DNA from: an uncultured virus (IMG/VR IMGVR_UViG_3300007986_000015)
Lineage: Duplodnaviria > Heunggongvirae > Uroviricota > Caudoviricetes
IMG/VR virus record: IMGVR_UViG_3300007986_000015
DNA length: 64,000 nt
Reading direction: 5' to 3' (one strand)
This document shows positions 27,113 through 37,545 of the stretch, one piece after another. Positions within the stretch are counted from its first letter, which is position 1. Each line of letters begins with the position of its first letter. The translations under genes and the position numbers were made by a program. Under the pieces are notes generated by a model. It was not told the origin of the DNA. It did not search any database and saw only the letters and a list, made by a program, of their open reading frames with translations.

Positions 27113-27724
27113 ATGAAAAGAGACGCACTAGTTTTAAACAAGGTTTTCATGCCTATACATGTTATCAATTGGAAGCGTACTATGTCGCTGCTGATGCAGG
27201 ACAAATGCCACGTAGTGGATCAAAACTATATTCAATATAACTTCAAAAGTTGGCTAGACGCTTCTCTTAAGATTGAGCAGAGCCCTACTCAGCACATCAT
27301 CCATACGGTTAATAATCGTATAGCTGTACCACAGGTTGTAATTCTAACCCAGTTCGATCGTCTTCCAAAGAACCAAGTAAAGTTTTCGCGTGAAAGCTTA
27401 TTTGTGCGCGATGGATATCGTTGTGGTTACTGCGGCCAAACATTCACCAAAAAGGAATTGACGGTTGATCACATCAATCCGAAATCATTCGGTGGACCAA
27501 AGTCATGGCAGAATACAATTTCTGCATGCAAGCCCTGCAATCATTTCAAGGCTGACCGTACACCTGAAGAAGCAGGAATGAGATTGTTGTTTGAACCTAA
27601 GAAGCCTTCGTGGTTTTTGCATATGAATCAAATGACTGCTCATATCGATATGAAGCCTCAGTGGAAACCCTTCTTGGATTCATTCCTTGTTAGGGAGAAG
27701 ACTAATGACGACGATGATGAATAA
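27113..27724 (+). CDS. HNH endonuclease (McrA-like); start 27113
   Basis: ALVLN, RDGYRCGYCG, LTVDHINP..GG...W.N...CKPCN..K. Confidence 0.9.
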   Translation: MKRDALVLNKVFMPIHVINWKRTMSLLMQDKCHVVDQNYIQYNFKSWLDASLKIEQSPTQHIIHTVNNRIAVPQVVILTQFDRLPKNQVKFSRESLFVRDGYRCGYCGQTFTKKELTVDHINPKSFGGPKSWQNTISACKPCNHFKADRTPEEAGMRLLFEPKKPSWFLHMNQMTAHIDMKPQWKPFLDSFLVREKTNDDDDE

Positions 27725-27732
27725 ATAGTCAT

Positions 27733-28062
27733 GTGATAACGACTATACAAGATAAATTGAAGGCCTCGGTAAGAGGTGGCGACTGGCGTAAGGTCAGGAA
27801 GAGTCACCTACTTACCGAGGCCTTTTGTCAATGTTGTGGTCGAATCAAACAATTAGAAGTTCATCATATCCAACCATGGGCAATGGTAACAGAACTTAGA
27901 TTCGATCCAGATAATCTTATCACTCTTTGCCGTGAATGCCATTTTCGTTTCGGCCATCATTCATATTGGCGAGATTGGAATCCACATATTCGCAAGAATT
28001 GTATTCAGTTTGGTCAAAGAGATATAGTGATACTTAAGCGTGGCTATCACGACAAGGTATAA
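27733..28062 (+). CDS. Small HNH endonuclease
   Basis: CQCCG, EVHHI.P, NLITLCRECH. Confidence 0.85.
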   Translation: MITTIQDKLKASVRGGDWRKVRKSHLLTEAFCQCCGRIKQLEVHHIQPWAMVTELRFDPDNLITLCRECHFRFGHHSYWRDWNPHIRKNCIQFGQRDIVILKRGYHDKV

Positions 28063-28070
28063 ATAACTAT

Positions 28071-28499
28071 ATGAATGAATGGATATATGATGGCAAAGAG
28101 TTTACTAGTGAGATGATTGGCGATGCTGTAGGGTTTGTATATTGCGTCACTAATCTTCAGAATAACAAAAAGTACATCGGACAAAAGCGGTTCTTTCGCA
28201 AAGTTTCGCGACCACCACTAAAAGGAAATAAGCGTAAACGCGTTTCATACCCAGAGTCCGATTGGAAAAAATACTGTGGATCAAGCGAAAATATTAAGCT
28301 GCTGCTTGAAGAGCATGGCCTTGATATCTTTCATCGAGAGATCCTTCATCTCTGCTACACTAAAGGCGAACTATCGTATCGCGAAAGCGAAGAGCAATTT
28401 ACGCGCGGCGTTTTGCTGAAGCAGGATGAATATTATAACGGCATAATTAACTGCAGAATTAACGCAACTCACGTTAAACATATGTCCATAGAAAAATAA
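28071..28499 (+). CDS. GIY-YIG endonuclease, T4 endonuclease II (DenA)-like
   Basis: GFVYCVTN...KKYIGQK, SDWKKYCGSS, YYNG.I. Confidence 0.8.
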   Translation: MNEWIYDGKEFTSEMIGDAVGFVYCVTNLQNNKKYIGQKRFFRKVSRPPLKGNKRKRVSYPESDWKKYCGSSENIKLLLEEHGLDIFHREILHLCYTKGELSYRESEEQFTRGVLLKQDEYYNGIINCRINATHVKHMSIEK

Positions 28500-28560
28500 T
28501 AGTGTACAACACCGCTCCTTTATGTTATATTAGATCTAGAAATTAACATAGGAATATATT

Positions 28561-29436
28561 ATGACAATTATCGATTTTTCAGGAATTTCCGTAGCAAGTA
28601 TTTTTGTGCAGCATGGTAGAGAAGAACTGTCTGAGAATATGATGCGGCATATGATTTTGAATAGCATTAGCTTCTATAATCGAAAGTTCAAGCAATCACA
28701 TGGAGATATAGTTCTCGCATGCGATCATGGGTCTTGGCGAAAAGAAGTTTTTGAGTTCTACAAAGCCAATCGTAAAAAGGGCCGAGAGCTTTCGCCTATT
28801 GATTGGGTTGAAGTTTATGGTTGGTTGGATAATATTAAATCGGAGATTGATCAATACTCCCCATTTACGGTTGTAGATGTTCCTAGAGCGGAGGCAGACG
28901 ATGTCATAGCAGTATTGGTTAAGGGAACCCAAGAGTTCGGATGTCATGAGCCCGTGATGATCGTCTCGGCTGATAAGGATTTTCTCCAACTACAGCGATA
29001 TTCCAACGTCAGTCAGTATTCGAATCTGCTAAAGAAGAAGCTTGTGGAGAAAGATCCGAGACGTTATCTGTTTGAGCATATTGTTAAGGGCGATACAGGT
29101 GATGGAGTTCCCAACATCTTTTCTGATGATGATGTTCTAGTGACTGAAGGAAAACGCCAAACGCCTGTGTCTAAGAAAAAGTTAGAAGCATTATACCATA
29201 GTTTTCTAAACGATGAAGATACTGCTTTCGAAAAGGATGTTCATCGAAGAAACTTTGATCGCAATCAAACTGTCATCGATTTAAATTTTCTCCCCCGTGA
29301 TATCGTAGAAGCTATTCGGACTGAGTTCGAAGCTAAGAGTAAGGTTGGCAAACCTGTCAACAAAAATGCATTCTTGAATTATCTCATCAAGAAGCGTTGT
29401 AATACAATGATCGAAAAGCTGCCTGAGTTTTTCTGA
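28561..29436 (+). CDS. rnh: T4-type RNase H (5'-3' exonuclease/flap nuclease)
   Basis: IIDFS, SWRK....YK.NR, EADDVI, SADKDFLQL, GDTGDGVPN. Confidence 0.93.
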   Translation: MTIIDFSGISVASIFVQHGREELSENMMRHMILNSISFYNRKFKQSHGDIVLACDHGSWRKEVFEFYKANRKKGRELSPIDWVEVYGWLDNIKSEIDQYSPFTVVDVPRAEADDVIAVLVKGTQEFGCHEPVMIVSADKDFLQLQRYSNVSQYSNLLKKKLVEKDPRRYLFEHIVKGDTGDGVPNIFSDDDVLVTEGKRQTPVSKKKLEALYHSFLNDEDTAFEKDVHRRNFDRNQTVIDLNFLPRDIVEAIRTEFEAKSKVGKPVNKNAFLNYLIKKRCNTMIEKLPEFF

Positions 29437-29466
29437 TAAATACTAATACACAATGGAGATATAATT

Positions 29467-29979
29467 ATGGCCGCAGATGCTAAAAACCGCGCAACACAGA
29501 CCACGCCTGGTGTCGTACTAAACGAAGAAACACCAATTTTAAATGGTACCATTACAGCAATTTTCGACAACATTGTTGATTTGTCAAAGCGCAAGCGCGC
29601 AGGTAGACCGTCCGCAAAGCGTGATCGTGAAGAGCTTATTTTACGTTTAAAGGAAAACGAATCGTTTGTCCTTAAGACAATTCTTGCAGCAAATTTCAAT
29701 GATAAGGTGCAGTTCCCATTTCCCGAAGGTGAACCGCCATTTAAGCCAAACACGACAGTTGTTAAAGTCACCGACCGTATAATTTCGGTAATGGGTCAGC
29801 TGATTGTACAGGCAAAAGGGTCGAAGCTGCAGAAGGAAGCTGCATTTATAAGCTTATTGGAGACTGTAAATATTGCAGACGCGCAGTTGATCTGTGTTGT
29901 TAAAGATAAAAAGCTTGAAGAGCTTTATCCAAAGATTACCAAAGATATTGTTAAAGAAGTATGGCCAAACATTCTATAG
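29467..29979 (+). CDS. Conserved T4-like hypothetical protein
   Basis: PEGEPPF, FISLLE, KDKKL..YP.IT motifs; follows rnh. Confidence 0.7.
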   Translation: MAADAKNRATQTTPGVVLNEETPILNGTITAIFDNIVDLSKRKRAGRPSAKRDREELILRLKENESFVLKTILAANFNDKVQFPFPEGEPPFKPNTTVVKVTDRIISVMGQLIVQAKGSKLQKEAAFISLLETVNIADAQLICVVKDKKLEELYPKITKDIVKEVWPNIL

Positions 29980-29985
29980 GATGAT

Positions 29986-30249
29986 ATGATATACCAATAT
30001 GTGTGTGAAAATTGCAATGAGGTGTTTTGCGTTGACTTATCAATAAGTGATCGTGAAGTACCCATTGGTGAAAAATGCCCGAAGTGTTCGACCAAAGGTA
30101 AGGTTAGACGCGATTATTCTGGCATTAGTTTTGTTTATGACACAGTGTCAGTGCATAAACGTGCTGAACGTAAAATGGGATCCCGATGGGGCGAGGTATT
30201 GAGAGGCATTCATAAGAGTGCTGGTAGCCATAGTAAAATGGAGATATAA
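29986..30249 (+). CDS. FmdB-family zinc-ribbon protein
   Basis: IYQYVCENC ... CPKC. Confidence 0.8.
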   Translation: MIYQYVCENCNEVFCVDLSISDREVPIGEKCPKCSTKGKVRRDYSGISFVYDTVSVHKRAERKMGSRWGEVLRGIHKSAGSHSKMEI

Positions 30250-30257
30250 ATACTAAC

Positions 30258-33200
30258 ATGGCTACTATAGATATAGGCAGAAATGCAACTCAAAGATTTA
30301 CGATCGATTTTAGTTTTCTACAACCGATATTCGATGCAGCGCAACAGGGCCTTCTAGACATTCTAGCAAATAATCCGGGCTGGGCCGGCACTGGTTCTGT
30401 GTGGATTGAATTCCTAACGTTGCAAAAGCTTGGCTTCATTTTAAGTGATATAAACAATCTTGGCAATAATACGGCGCATGATTCATTGGACGATTTTTTA
30501 GATGCCCTTGCCGCAACACCTGGAACTGGGTATAGTGTTAGCAGATCTGGAAATACTATCATTTTTGAAGCAGACGCCGGTGTTCCAATTGGACCAATGG
30601 AGCAATTGTCAGGAATGCAATACGGAGAGTATGTTGATTACTTACAATGCCTTTACTCATATTGGGATGGTTCTTCTGATGCATCAGAAGTTGTCCGCAT
30701 TCCTAACACGACAGTTAATAGCAATATTTCGTTAATCTCTGGCACGCTTGCTCTTAATCAAGAAATCAAAGATGCTATTCGCAATCTTATTGAATGGCCA
30801 ACTGATATCGCCGGGGTAGTAGCAAATCGCGATGCGTTTAATACCGATGTTTCAATACATAGAGAAGTAGAGGATCTTGGTGATGATGACCCCCGCCATT
30901 TAGCTTCAAATATAGAGCTAGTAATTCCAACTGATGATGATATTAGTTTTGATTACGCTTCGCCGTATTACGACCATTGGTGGCTTGATCCTCTTTATAA
31001 TACACAGAATATTGATTGGGCGAGTCTTGAAGCATTTTACACTACACTTGGTTTTAGTAATTTACAAGATGCGATCGATTCAATTTATTCTCACGTCACT
31101 CGTCAAACGGCAGCTCACACACTTGAGCAAGTGGCGTTCTCAGAAGCAGGGCTTTTAACGATCAATGCTATTTCTGGTTTTGCTGATGTTGACACGCTGT
31201 TATCTTCATTCATTCGCATGTACGATGGCATTCAGACGTATAAACCAGAATTTACAAAGCATAAAAACGCAATCGATTATTTTCATACAGCAGATACGAT
31301 TCAAGATAGCACTCTCGATTCAAATCCCGCAATTAGAGCATCATACAAGCTTGAGTTGGTTGAAAACGAATATACGGTATACACTAACGATCCTCTTGTT
31401 GTGACTATAACACAGGTTGTCGGTAATAAGCCTGATGCTAATCCTCTAAATGATGTGCCCGCGTCAATTGAATTTGATCTTAGCAATCTCGCAGCGATCA
31501 TGGACAATCCAGTGTTATTTGGTAATGTGACTCTCAGCGGGTTCAATATTTTGTCAACTACAGGTGTAGATTTAAGTGTACTGAATGACGTGCTTAACAC
31601 TTCATATGCTTCCATGGCTGCATTAGAATCAGCAGTAGCAGGCGTAACTATACCAAGCTTTAGTGTAACCCTCGCAGCAAACATTCTAACTGTTTCTAGG
31701 TTGCAGATCGACACCGTGCACAACGAATCGCTCACACAGGATTTTGATTTGTTAGCATACTGGATGTCTGAACCTTACGATGGAATAGAGTTTCCTCCAG
31801 CTACTGCACCGGCAGCGGGTGATATTTCTGATGGATCTTTGGCGCAATCATTACGCGCACTTTCGTGGATTGCTGTTCTAACCGAGGGTAGAATTCCCAC
31901 ACCGCCTTATGACATATCTAGAGACCTTTTAGCCAGTGCTGAAGAATCTCGCGTTACTACTGCAGCTTCAGTTAATAGCGCTCTAATAGCAGGCTTTGCA
32001 AATCTTGATGCCAAACTAGCGAGTTTCGTGCATAACCCTGCAGCTGACTTCATTAAAGGCACGCCTGCTACAACAACGCCTGCTCAACATCAGCCATGGA
32101 GACTTTACGAGTGGTATGGCAGAGCGTTAGGTACCAAATTAACAAAAATGTTAGTATTGAATGAACGTCTCTACGTATTGGCGGAATCACCTTCATATTG
32201 GTTTGCTGATTTCGTCGTTGACATTAAGGAAACACTTCCATCACCACCGTATACGTACCCAACCGAAGAGGATCCTCGAGCCGAAGCGTTGCCTGGAGAT
32301 ATTTGGGATACTGTTGATGAAGCGGTCGCTGTTGACCATGCTGACGCCACATATCGATATAGCATTCCAGATGAAAACACGGACCTTGCCACAACTGATC
32401 CGCGTACAACGCACACGTTAGGTGATTCTTATTTGAATCGAACTGTAACTCCAGTTATTGAACGCCGAATGCTTTCACCAAGTGTTCTTAATAGCAGCAA
32501 CGATCCAGTTGCTAATTATCGCATCACTGAATTTGAATCACACCAAGTTGCGTTACCATCACTTAATGCGGCCAACTCAACTCAATTTGAATCTAATTTC
32601 GTAAGTGCCAACGCTTCGTTAACGATGAATACGATTCCTCTTTATGATGATGTGTGGGGAATCGCAAAAGATTACGTTGATGGTGGATATTTTGATGTTA
32701 AAGTTACAGGTTTAGTATTCAGAACGACTGTGGATCCTACGGCCTTGTATCATCTTAACATGGCGTTAAATGATCTATTAGTAGTACCTCCTGGCGATTA
32801 TAGCACACCTGGATCATTTAGACGTTATATTATTTCGAAGATTCGCGCTGCAAATGAGCTCATTCCAAATTACACAATTACGATTAATGAAAACGGCTGG
32901 AATCATGATTACGAGAATGGCGATGTAGATCCATTAGTAACACGCGATCCAATGACATTTAGTATTGTTGCTAATGATCCAACAAATACTGAATTAATTT
33001 CAGTGGACGCTACGTATGATGTACGTCGTAAAATCGAAGTTGAAGGCGAGCAATCGTGGGAAGAGTACACAACAACGCCTCCAGTATACGAATCAGAACC
33101 AGGTGTTCTTATCGAAGAAGGTTCATCGATATTATGCGATTTTTCTGCACTTAATAATGTGTTCCTTGCAGCTCATCCAGTAGGTGAAGCTAATGCTTTT

Positions 33201-35753
33201 TGGGGCGTTACATTAGAGGGATTTAAATTTGTAAGTAATGTTGGTTCACCTAGTGCACTAACACAATTGAATGCTGATTTAAACAATGGCATATTCTTTA
33301 CCCTTGATGATTTAAAAACAACTATCACTGAAAAAGATTACGGTCCAGATTATCTAATAACCTTTCAAGATAATACGTTGCTTATTAAGTCGCAAACACT
33401 CAATAGCGAAGAAGTTCTGTCACAGGTTGTTGGTGTTATTCCTGCTATAGTTAAATCGACCGAAGTAACGTTCGAGCCAAATAATACAATTCCTATAGCA
33501 AAATATATTGATCCCGCAACATCAGCTGAAACTGAAGTTAAACTTGAATCACTTAACCCAGCTCTCGCAGAAAGTGTTATTGGTGACGCCGGTGCAGTCA
33601 GAGCTTCGTTAACGTTTGATCTTAAGCAACTATTCAACCGAATGATTCCCGTAGGCGAAGATAAATATTGGTACCCATCGTCGTGGTTGCCAAGCAGCAT
33701 TAACTCTTCGCGCGAAGCATGGGAGCAACCTCAATTATGGTTTTCTGATTTTGAAATTCATTCAACAGTTGATTCTAATGCATTCAACGAAGTGTTTGGA
33801 TACTTCTTTAATCAAATCAATGAGAATGATAGTTGGGACTATTTTGGATACCATAATGGTGGTATAGCAATGAACGATGGACGCTTTTATCGCGAGGCTT
33901 CGTTGCTAAACGAAACAGCATTCCCTCCACTTGACAATGGTCCCCGCGCGCCTAAGTTAGATGCTAATGGGAATATTGAGTATTCAATTGGACGTATTGA
34001 TCAAGTTAAATGGGCAATTCAAAATCTTGCTGATAGGACTGTGAATCTTGGAAACAAGTACACCATTAACGTATCAGATGATTATGTTATGACGATTGCC
34101 GCTGTTAAAGCGGTTGATGGCGAAGTGATTTACTTTGGCAAGACTCCATGGACTGAGTGGCCAATGAAAATCCAGACGACCTGGACGACATATGAAGAAT
34201 TATATCTAGATGGGTATGCCAACAGGAGTCGTTATCAGCCGGCGTTTTCATATTACGAATTCAACACGATTAAGGAATACAAGCCAATCGTGCAAAGACA
34301 AACTGGCCGAACCACTTCTGGCGCAGCGTCACTGGCATGCGATTTCTCTGATCTTGCAACTGCGTTCGACGATATGTCAGCAGCTGGCGCTACTGAGTTA
34401 ACGATCTCTGGCTTTAAAGTTGCAACGACTGAAGGCGTTGATTTTTCTCTATTGAATAGTAAAGTTAATCGAACATATTCATCTATGGCTGCGTATCGCG
34501 ACGTGATGAGTGAAATGGGTTGGAGGGTTACTAATGCAAATAGTATGTTTAATCTTGGGTATTCAGTTACGTATGGTATTGCATCTCCCGATGAATTGAA
34601 AATCATAGCAAGAGCATTTACTGATAATGAAGAAATAACACAACAGTTTGTGGTATCTGATACTGTTCGTAACAATGAAGTATATTCTACTATTCAGTCT
34701 AATTACGATTACGTTGCGACTGGGGGTGTCCTAACACTAAACTTCCCAGCAGGATATTATAACTTTAGTACAGGTTTAGATCTGAATCGCATTGCTCTAC
34801 CAGGCGCCGGTAAGATTATTCTTCGCGGCGAACGCGAACTAGAGAGTGCTGAAAGTCCATTGCTCGCATACAACTATTCTAATATTCTAACGACATTTAG
34901 TTTTTCTGGATCGTCTGGTATTACGTATTCTTCTGGTCCTGACGCATGCAATATTGAGCTTAACAGTATTGAGCTGCATGCTACAGGCAATGGTTCAACA
35001 GCTGTATCAGTAACGAATAATAGCAAGCTAGATTTTGTATGTCCAATGAAGCTATCGGGCAAATGGAATAAGTTTGGCATCTTCGTTGATGATCGTAGCA
35101 CGGTTGATATATTCCAGTCAAGTAAGCATGTTGTAAATTTAACATGGCCTAATGTTCCTGAAGCATTGTCATTTGTATTTGAAGGACCTCTATTAGACAA
35201 TACTGAAAGCACTAATGTTGGACAAGCTATCGCAATATGTTGCAAGGGTAGAAGTCATCTGCGCGCTATTTCGCAGTATAACGGAAATAACACAGATAAA
35301 GGCTTAACGACATTTGAACTATATGAAAACACTGCGTTTGTTCCTCTATCTGTTTTGCATTTTATCGGTGCAGGAAGTAATCTATATCATGGTTGGTATC
35401 AGAATATTGTTATTGACGAACGTTCAAGCTTTTATCTATACGGACCAATTGCGATAGGAGATGGTCGCAGAAGTCTTCAAGCTTCCTTCTCGATGGCTGA
35501 AAAGAATTTCATTAGTAATCCCCTATCGTCATTAGCAGTGCGCTCTGTGGAGATTAGAGGCGGTAGCTTATTTTTGAACTATAACGATTTTGTTCATGGC
35601 CAGTGGAACACTCATAAATATTCAACACCTGGCCAATTGCAGTATAATCAAAGTACTACACGAAATACCGTGGGAGTTGATAATCTTTCTACAGCAATTA
35701 CGTTAACCGAAGCTTCATTAGAAAAGGGTACATGGCTTTCACGTTATAACTAA
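30258..35753 (+). CDS. Very large acidic virion protein (1831 aa), probable tail/fibre-associated
   Basis: Late promoter; repeated DFS.L / G-Y-S/T-I/V modules; C-terminal beta-rich region. Confidence 0.6.
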   Translation: MATIDIGRNATQRFTIDFSFLQPIFDAAQQGLLDILANNPGWAGTGSVWIEFLTLQKLGFILSDINNLGNNTAHDSLDDFLDALAATPGTGYSVSRSGNTIIFEADAGVPIGPMEQLSGMQYGEYVDYLQCLYSYWDGSSDASEVVRIPNTTVNSNISLISGTLALNQEIKDAIRNLIEWPTDIAGVVANRDAFNTDVSIHREVEDLGDDDPRHLASNIELVIPTDDDISFDYASPYYDHWWLDPLYNTQNIDWASLEAFYTTLGFSNLQDAIDSIYSHVTRQTAAHTLEQVAFSEAGLLTINAISGFADVDTLLSSFIRMYDGIQTYKPEFTKHKNAIDYFHTADTIQDSTLDSNPAIRASYKLELVENEYTVYTNDPLVVTITQVVGNKPDANPLNDVPASIEFDLSNLAAIMDNPVLFGNVTLSGFNILSTTGVDLSVLNDVLNTSYASMAALESAVAGVTIPSFSVTLAANILTVSRLQIDTVHNESLTQDFDLLAYWMSEPYDGIEFPPATAPAAGDISDGSLAQSLRALSWIAVLTEGRIPTPPYDISRDLLASAEESRVTTAASVNSALIAGFANLDAKLASFVHNPAADFIKGTPATTTPAQHQPWRLYEWYGRALGTKLTKMLVLNERLYVLAESPSYWFADFVVDIKETLPSPPYTYPTEEDPRAEALPGDIWDTVDEAVAVDHADATYRYSIPDENTDLATTDPRTTHTLGDSYLNRTVTPVIERRMLSPSVLNSSNDPVANYRITEFESHQVALPSLNAANSTQFESNFVSANASLTMNTIPLYDDVWGIAKDYVDGGYFDVKVTGLVFRTTVDPTALYHLNMALNDLLVVPPGDYSTPGSFRRYIISKIRAANELIPNYTITINENGWNHDYENGDVDPLVTRDPMTFSIVANDPTNTELISVDATYDVRRKIEVEGEQSWEEYTTTPPVYESEPGVLIEEGSSILCDFSALNNVFLAAHPVGEANAFWGVTLEGFKFVSNVGSPSALTQLNADLNNGIFFTLDDLKTTITEKDYGPDYLITFQDNTLLIKSQTLNSEEVLSQVVGVIPAIVKSTEVTFEPNNTIPIAKYIDPATSAETEVKLESLNPALAESVIGDAGAVRASLTFDLKQLFNRMIPVGEDKYWYPSSWLPSSINSSREAWEQPQLWFSDFEIHSTVDSNAFNEVFGYFFNQINENDSWDYFGYHNGGIAMNDGRFYREASLLNETAFPPLDNGPRAPKLDANGNIEYSIGRIDQVKWAIQNLADRTVNLGNKYTINVSDDYVMTIAAVKAVDGEVIYFGKTPWTEWPMKIQTTWTTYEELYLDGYANRSRYQPAFSYYEFNTIKEYKPIVQRQTGRTTSGAASLACDFSDLATAFDDMSAAGATELTISGFKVATTEGVDFSLLNSKVNRTYSSMAAYRDVMSEMGWRVTNANSMFNLGYSVTYGIASPDELKIIARAFTDNEEITQQFVVSDTVRNNEVYSTIQSNYDYVATGGVLTLNFPAGYYNFSTGLDLNRIALPGAGKIILRGERELESAESPLLAYNYSNILTTFSFSGSSGITYSSGPDACNIELNSIELHATGNGSTAVSVTNNSKLDFVCPMKLSGKWNKFGIFVDDRSTVDIFQSSKHVVNLTWPNVPEALSFVFEGPLLDNTESTNVGQAIAICCKGRSHLRAISQYNGNNTDKGLTTFELYENTAFVPLSVLHFIGAGSNLYHGWYQNIVIDERSSFYLYGPIAIGDGRRSLQASFSMAEKNFISNPLSSLAVRSVEIRGGSLFLNYNDFVHGQWNTHKYSTPGQLQYNQSTTRNTVGVDNLSTAITLTEASLEKGTWLSRYN

Positions 35754-35770
35754 GCCGTATAAATACAGAT

Positions 35771-37435
35771 ATGAGCACAATAGATTTAAGTAAAACAATA
35801 GGGTCTGACACTAATGCGCCGACTCAGGGTCAAGTAGACATTCTTCGTTCAGTGTTGGGAATTGCAGCTGACATATTGACACAGAACGCGGCAAATGCAG
35901 CAGCAATCTATGAATTGAACCAACATATAGAAGGCAGCGTTGTTGGTGCCCATCGTGCTGATCAAATTTCAACAGCTGACCTTACTGATCTAGAAAGCAA
36001 CACTGTTAATAATGTTGCCGAAGCACTTATTCCTCTTTATGCTCATATCAATAACACGGCCGAAGTGTCCCACGAAGCTCCTTCAATTCGAGTTGATAGA
36101 CTTGGTGCAGATGCTGCTCTACGCGCATTAACGACTGCAACAAATCTCGAAACAGTAATAACCGTATTAGCCAATGTAATTGTTGGACTTCAATCTGATC
36201 TTGTCAATCATGCGACTGGGGCCACTACTTCGCATTTAGCTTCAACTATTAAGATTGATAATGACTACACAGCATTTGATGAAGATAATGTCGCAGATGT
36301 TCTCCATGCATTAAACACCACGGTCATTCGAACTAACAACATTATTACTAGCCAAGAAACTGCCAATGCTGCGGCGCTTCAGCTAGCATCGGACGCTTTG
36401 GATCAGGTCGTATCAGATAATTTGGCGTTAGATACTGCTCTAAACGCATTAGTAGTGAGCTCACTTGATGATAGGGATCAGGAAATTAATGATGCCATCC
36501 TTGAGTCAGAAACGTATGAAGCGCAGTGGGACAATTTGTCAGCACAGTATCTAGAATTAATTGACCAGCGCGCCGCGTTTGAAGTATATATGGATGAAAT
36601 GCTCGATTTTTATCAAACGGCAGCGTCATATGATTATGGTACTAAGCTTGGATATTTCCGTGGATATAATCGTATAGTTTCGTGCGACCAAGATACGCTG
36701 TTTGTCATTAATCCAGATGAAACAACATATAGCTCAATTGAACAATTACAAAACGCTCTTCGCGCTTTCGATTATATAAGCCCAGACGTCACACTTACAA
36801 TTCAGTTTAATAGACCATTAGCCACACCCGTTGATGATATGGCAACACTTGTGGTGGGTGATTCAAATCTCACTGATTATCTCCCTAGTGGTCCAGGAAA
36901 AGTGGTTATCACAGGTGAAACAATCGCTTCTACTGGCGATACAGGTGTGACGATTCAAGGCATGGATCTTTCTTTCACTGGTCGTAAACATGCAGCAGTT
37001 GAATTCGCATATCTAAATTTTGATACATGCACATTCACATTGAAGCAGGATTCTAACATATCATTTATAGCGCCATGTAACTTCAGCAACTGCACTTCAG
37101 CATTCAAAATCTGGGAAGGTTCACAAGTAACATTCCGTCCTTCAGCACTTGGGTTCACATTTACTGATTGCTCAAACATCTTCGCGGGGGCGATCAATGC
37201 TGCAGCTTCAATCATCCAACCTTCTGCTAATGTGTATAATCCAACTTCTACAGCAACAACTATCAGAATGACATTATTGGGCGATTCTACTCTACTTAAT
37301 ACTGCAGAAAATGCCACGTACGGAAATACTTTATCATTCTTCTCTCACTACAGTATTGACGTCTCTGGAGCTACAGATCCCGCCCAATTGCCAACCGCAA
37401 ATAGCCATTATTTCTATCTTGCGTCCCTAGTTTAG
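35771..37435 (+). CDS. Probable tail fibre/spike-like virion protein
   Basis: Late promoter; H.A..I...V..AL repeats, coiled coil, beta-helix-like C-terminus. Confidence 0.6.
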   Translation: MSTIDLSKTIGSDTNAPTQGQVDILRSVLGIAADILTQNAANAAAIYELNQHIEGSVVGAHRADQISTADLTDLESNTVNNVAEALIPLYAHINNTAEVSHEAPSIRVDRLGADAALRALTTATNLETVITVLANVIVGLQSDLVNHATGATTSHLASTIKIDNDYTAFDEDNVADVLHALNTTVIRTNNIITSQETANAAALQLASDALDQVVSDNLALDTALNALVVSSLDDRDQEINDAILESETYEAQWDNLSAQYLELIDQRAAFEVYMDEMLDFYQTAASYDYGTKLGYFRGYNRIVSCDQDTLFVINPDETTYSSIEQLQNALRAFDYISPDVTLTIQFNRPLATPVDDMATLVVGDSNLTDYLPSGPGKVVITGETIASTGDTGVTIQGMDLSFTGRKHAAVEFAYLNFDTCTFTLKQDSNISFIAPCNFSNCTSAFKIWEGSQVTFRPSALGFTFTDCSNIFAGAINAAASIIQPSANVYNPTSTATTIRMTLLGDSTLLNTAENATYGNTLSFFSHYSIDVSGATDPAQLPTANSHYFYLASLV

Positions 37436-37545
37436 GCTGCATGTCAAGATTATTTTCAGTCTTAAAGGTCTCTTGTAGGCCAATTTACGCATTTTGGCTA
37501 AAATAATGGTGTACAAATGGGCCCAAACTGTGGTATAATGGTATC

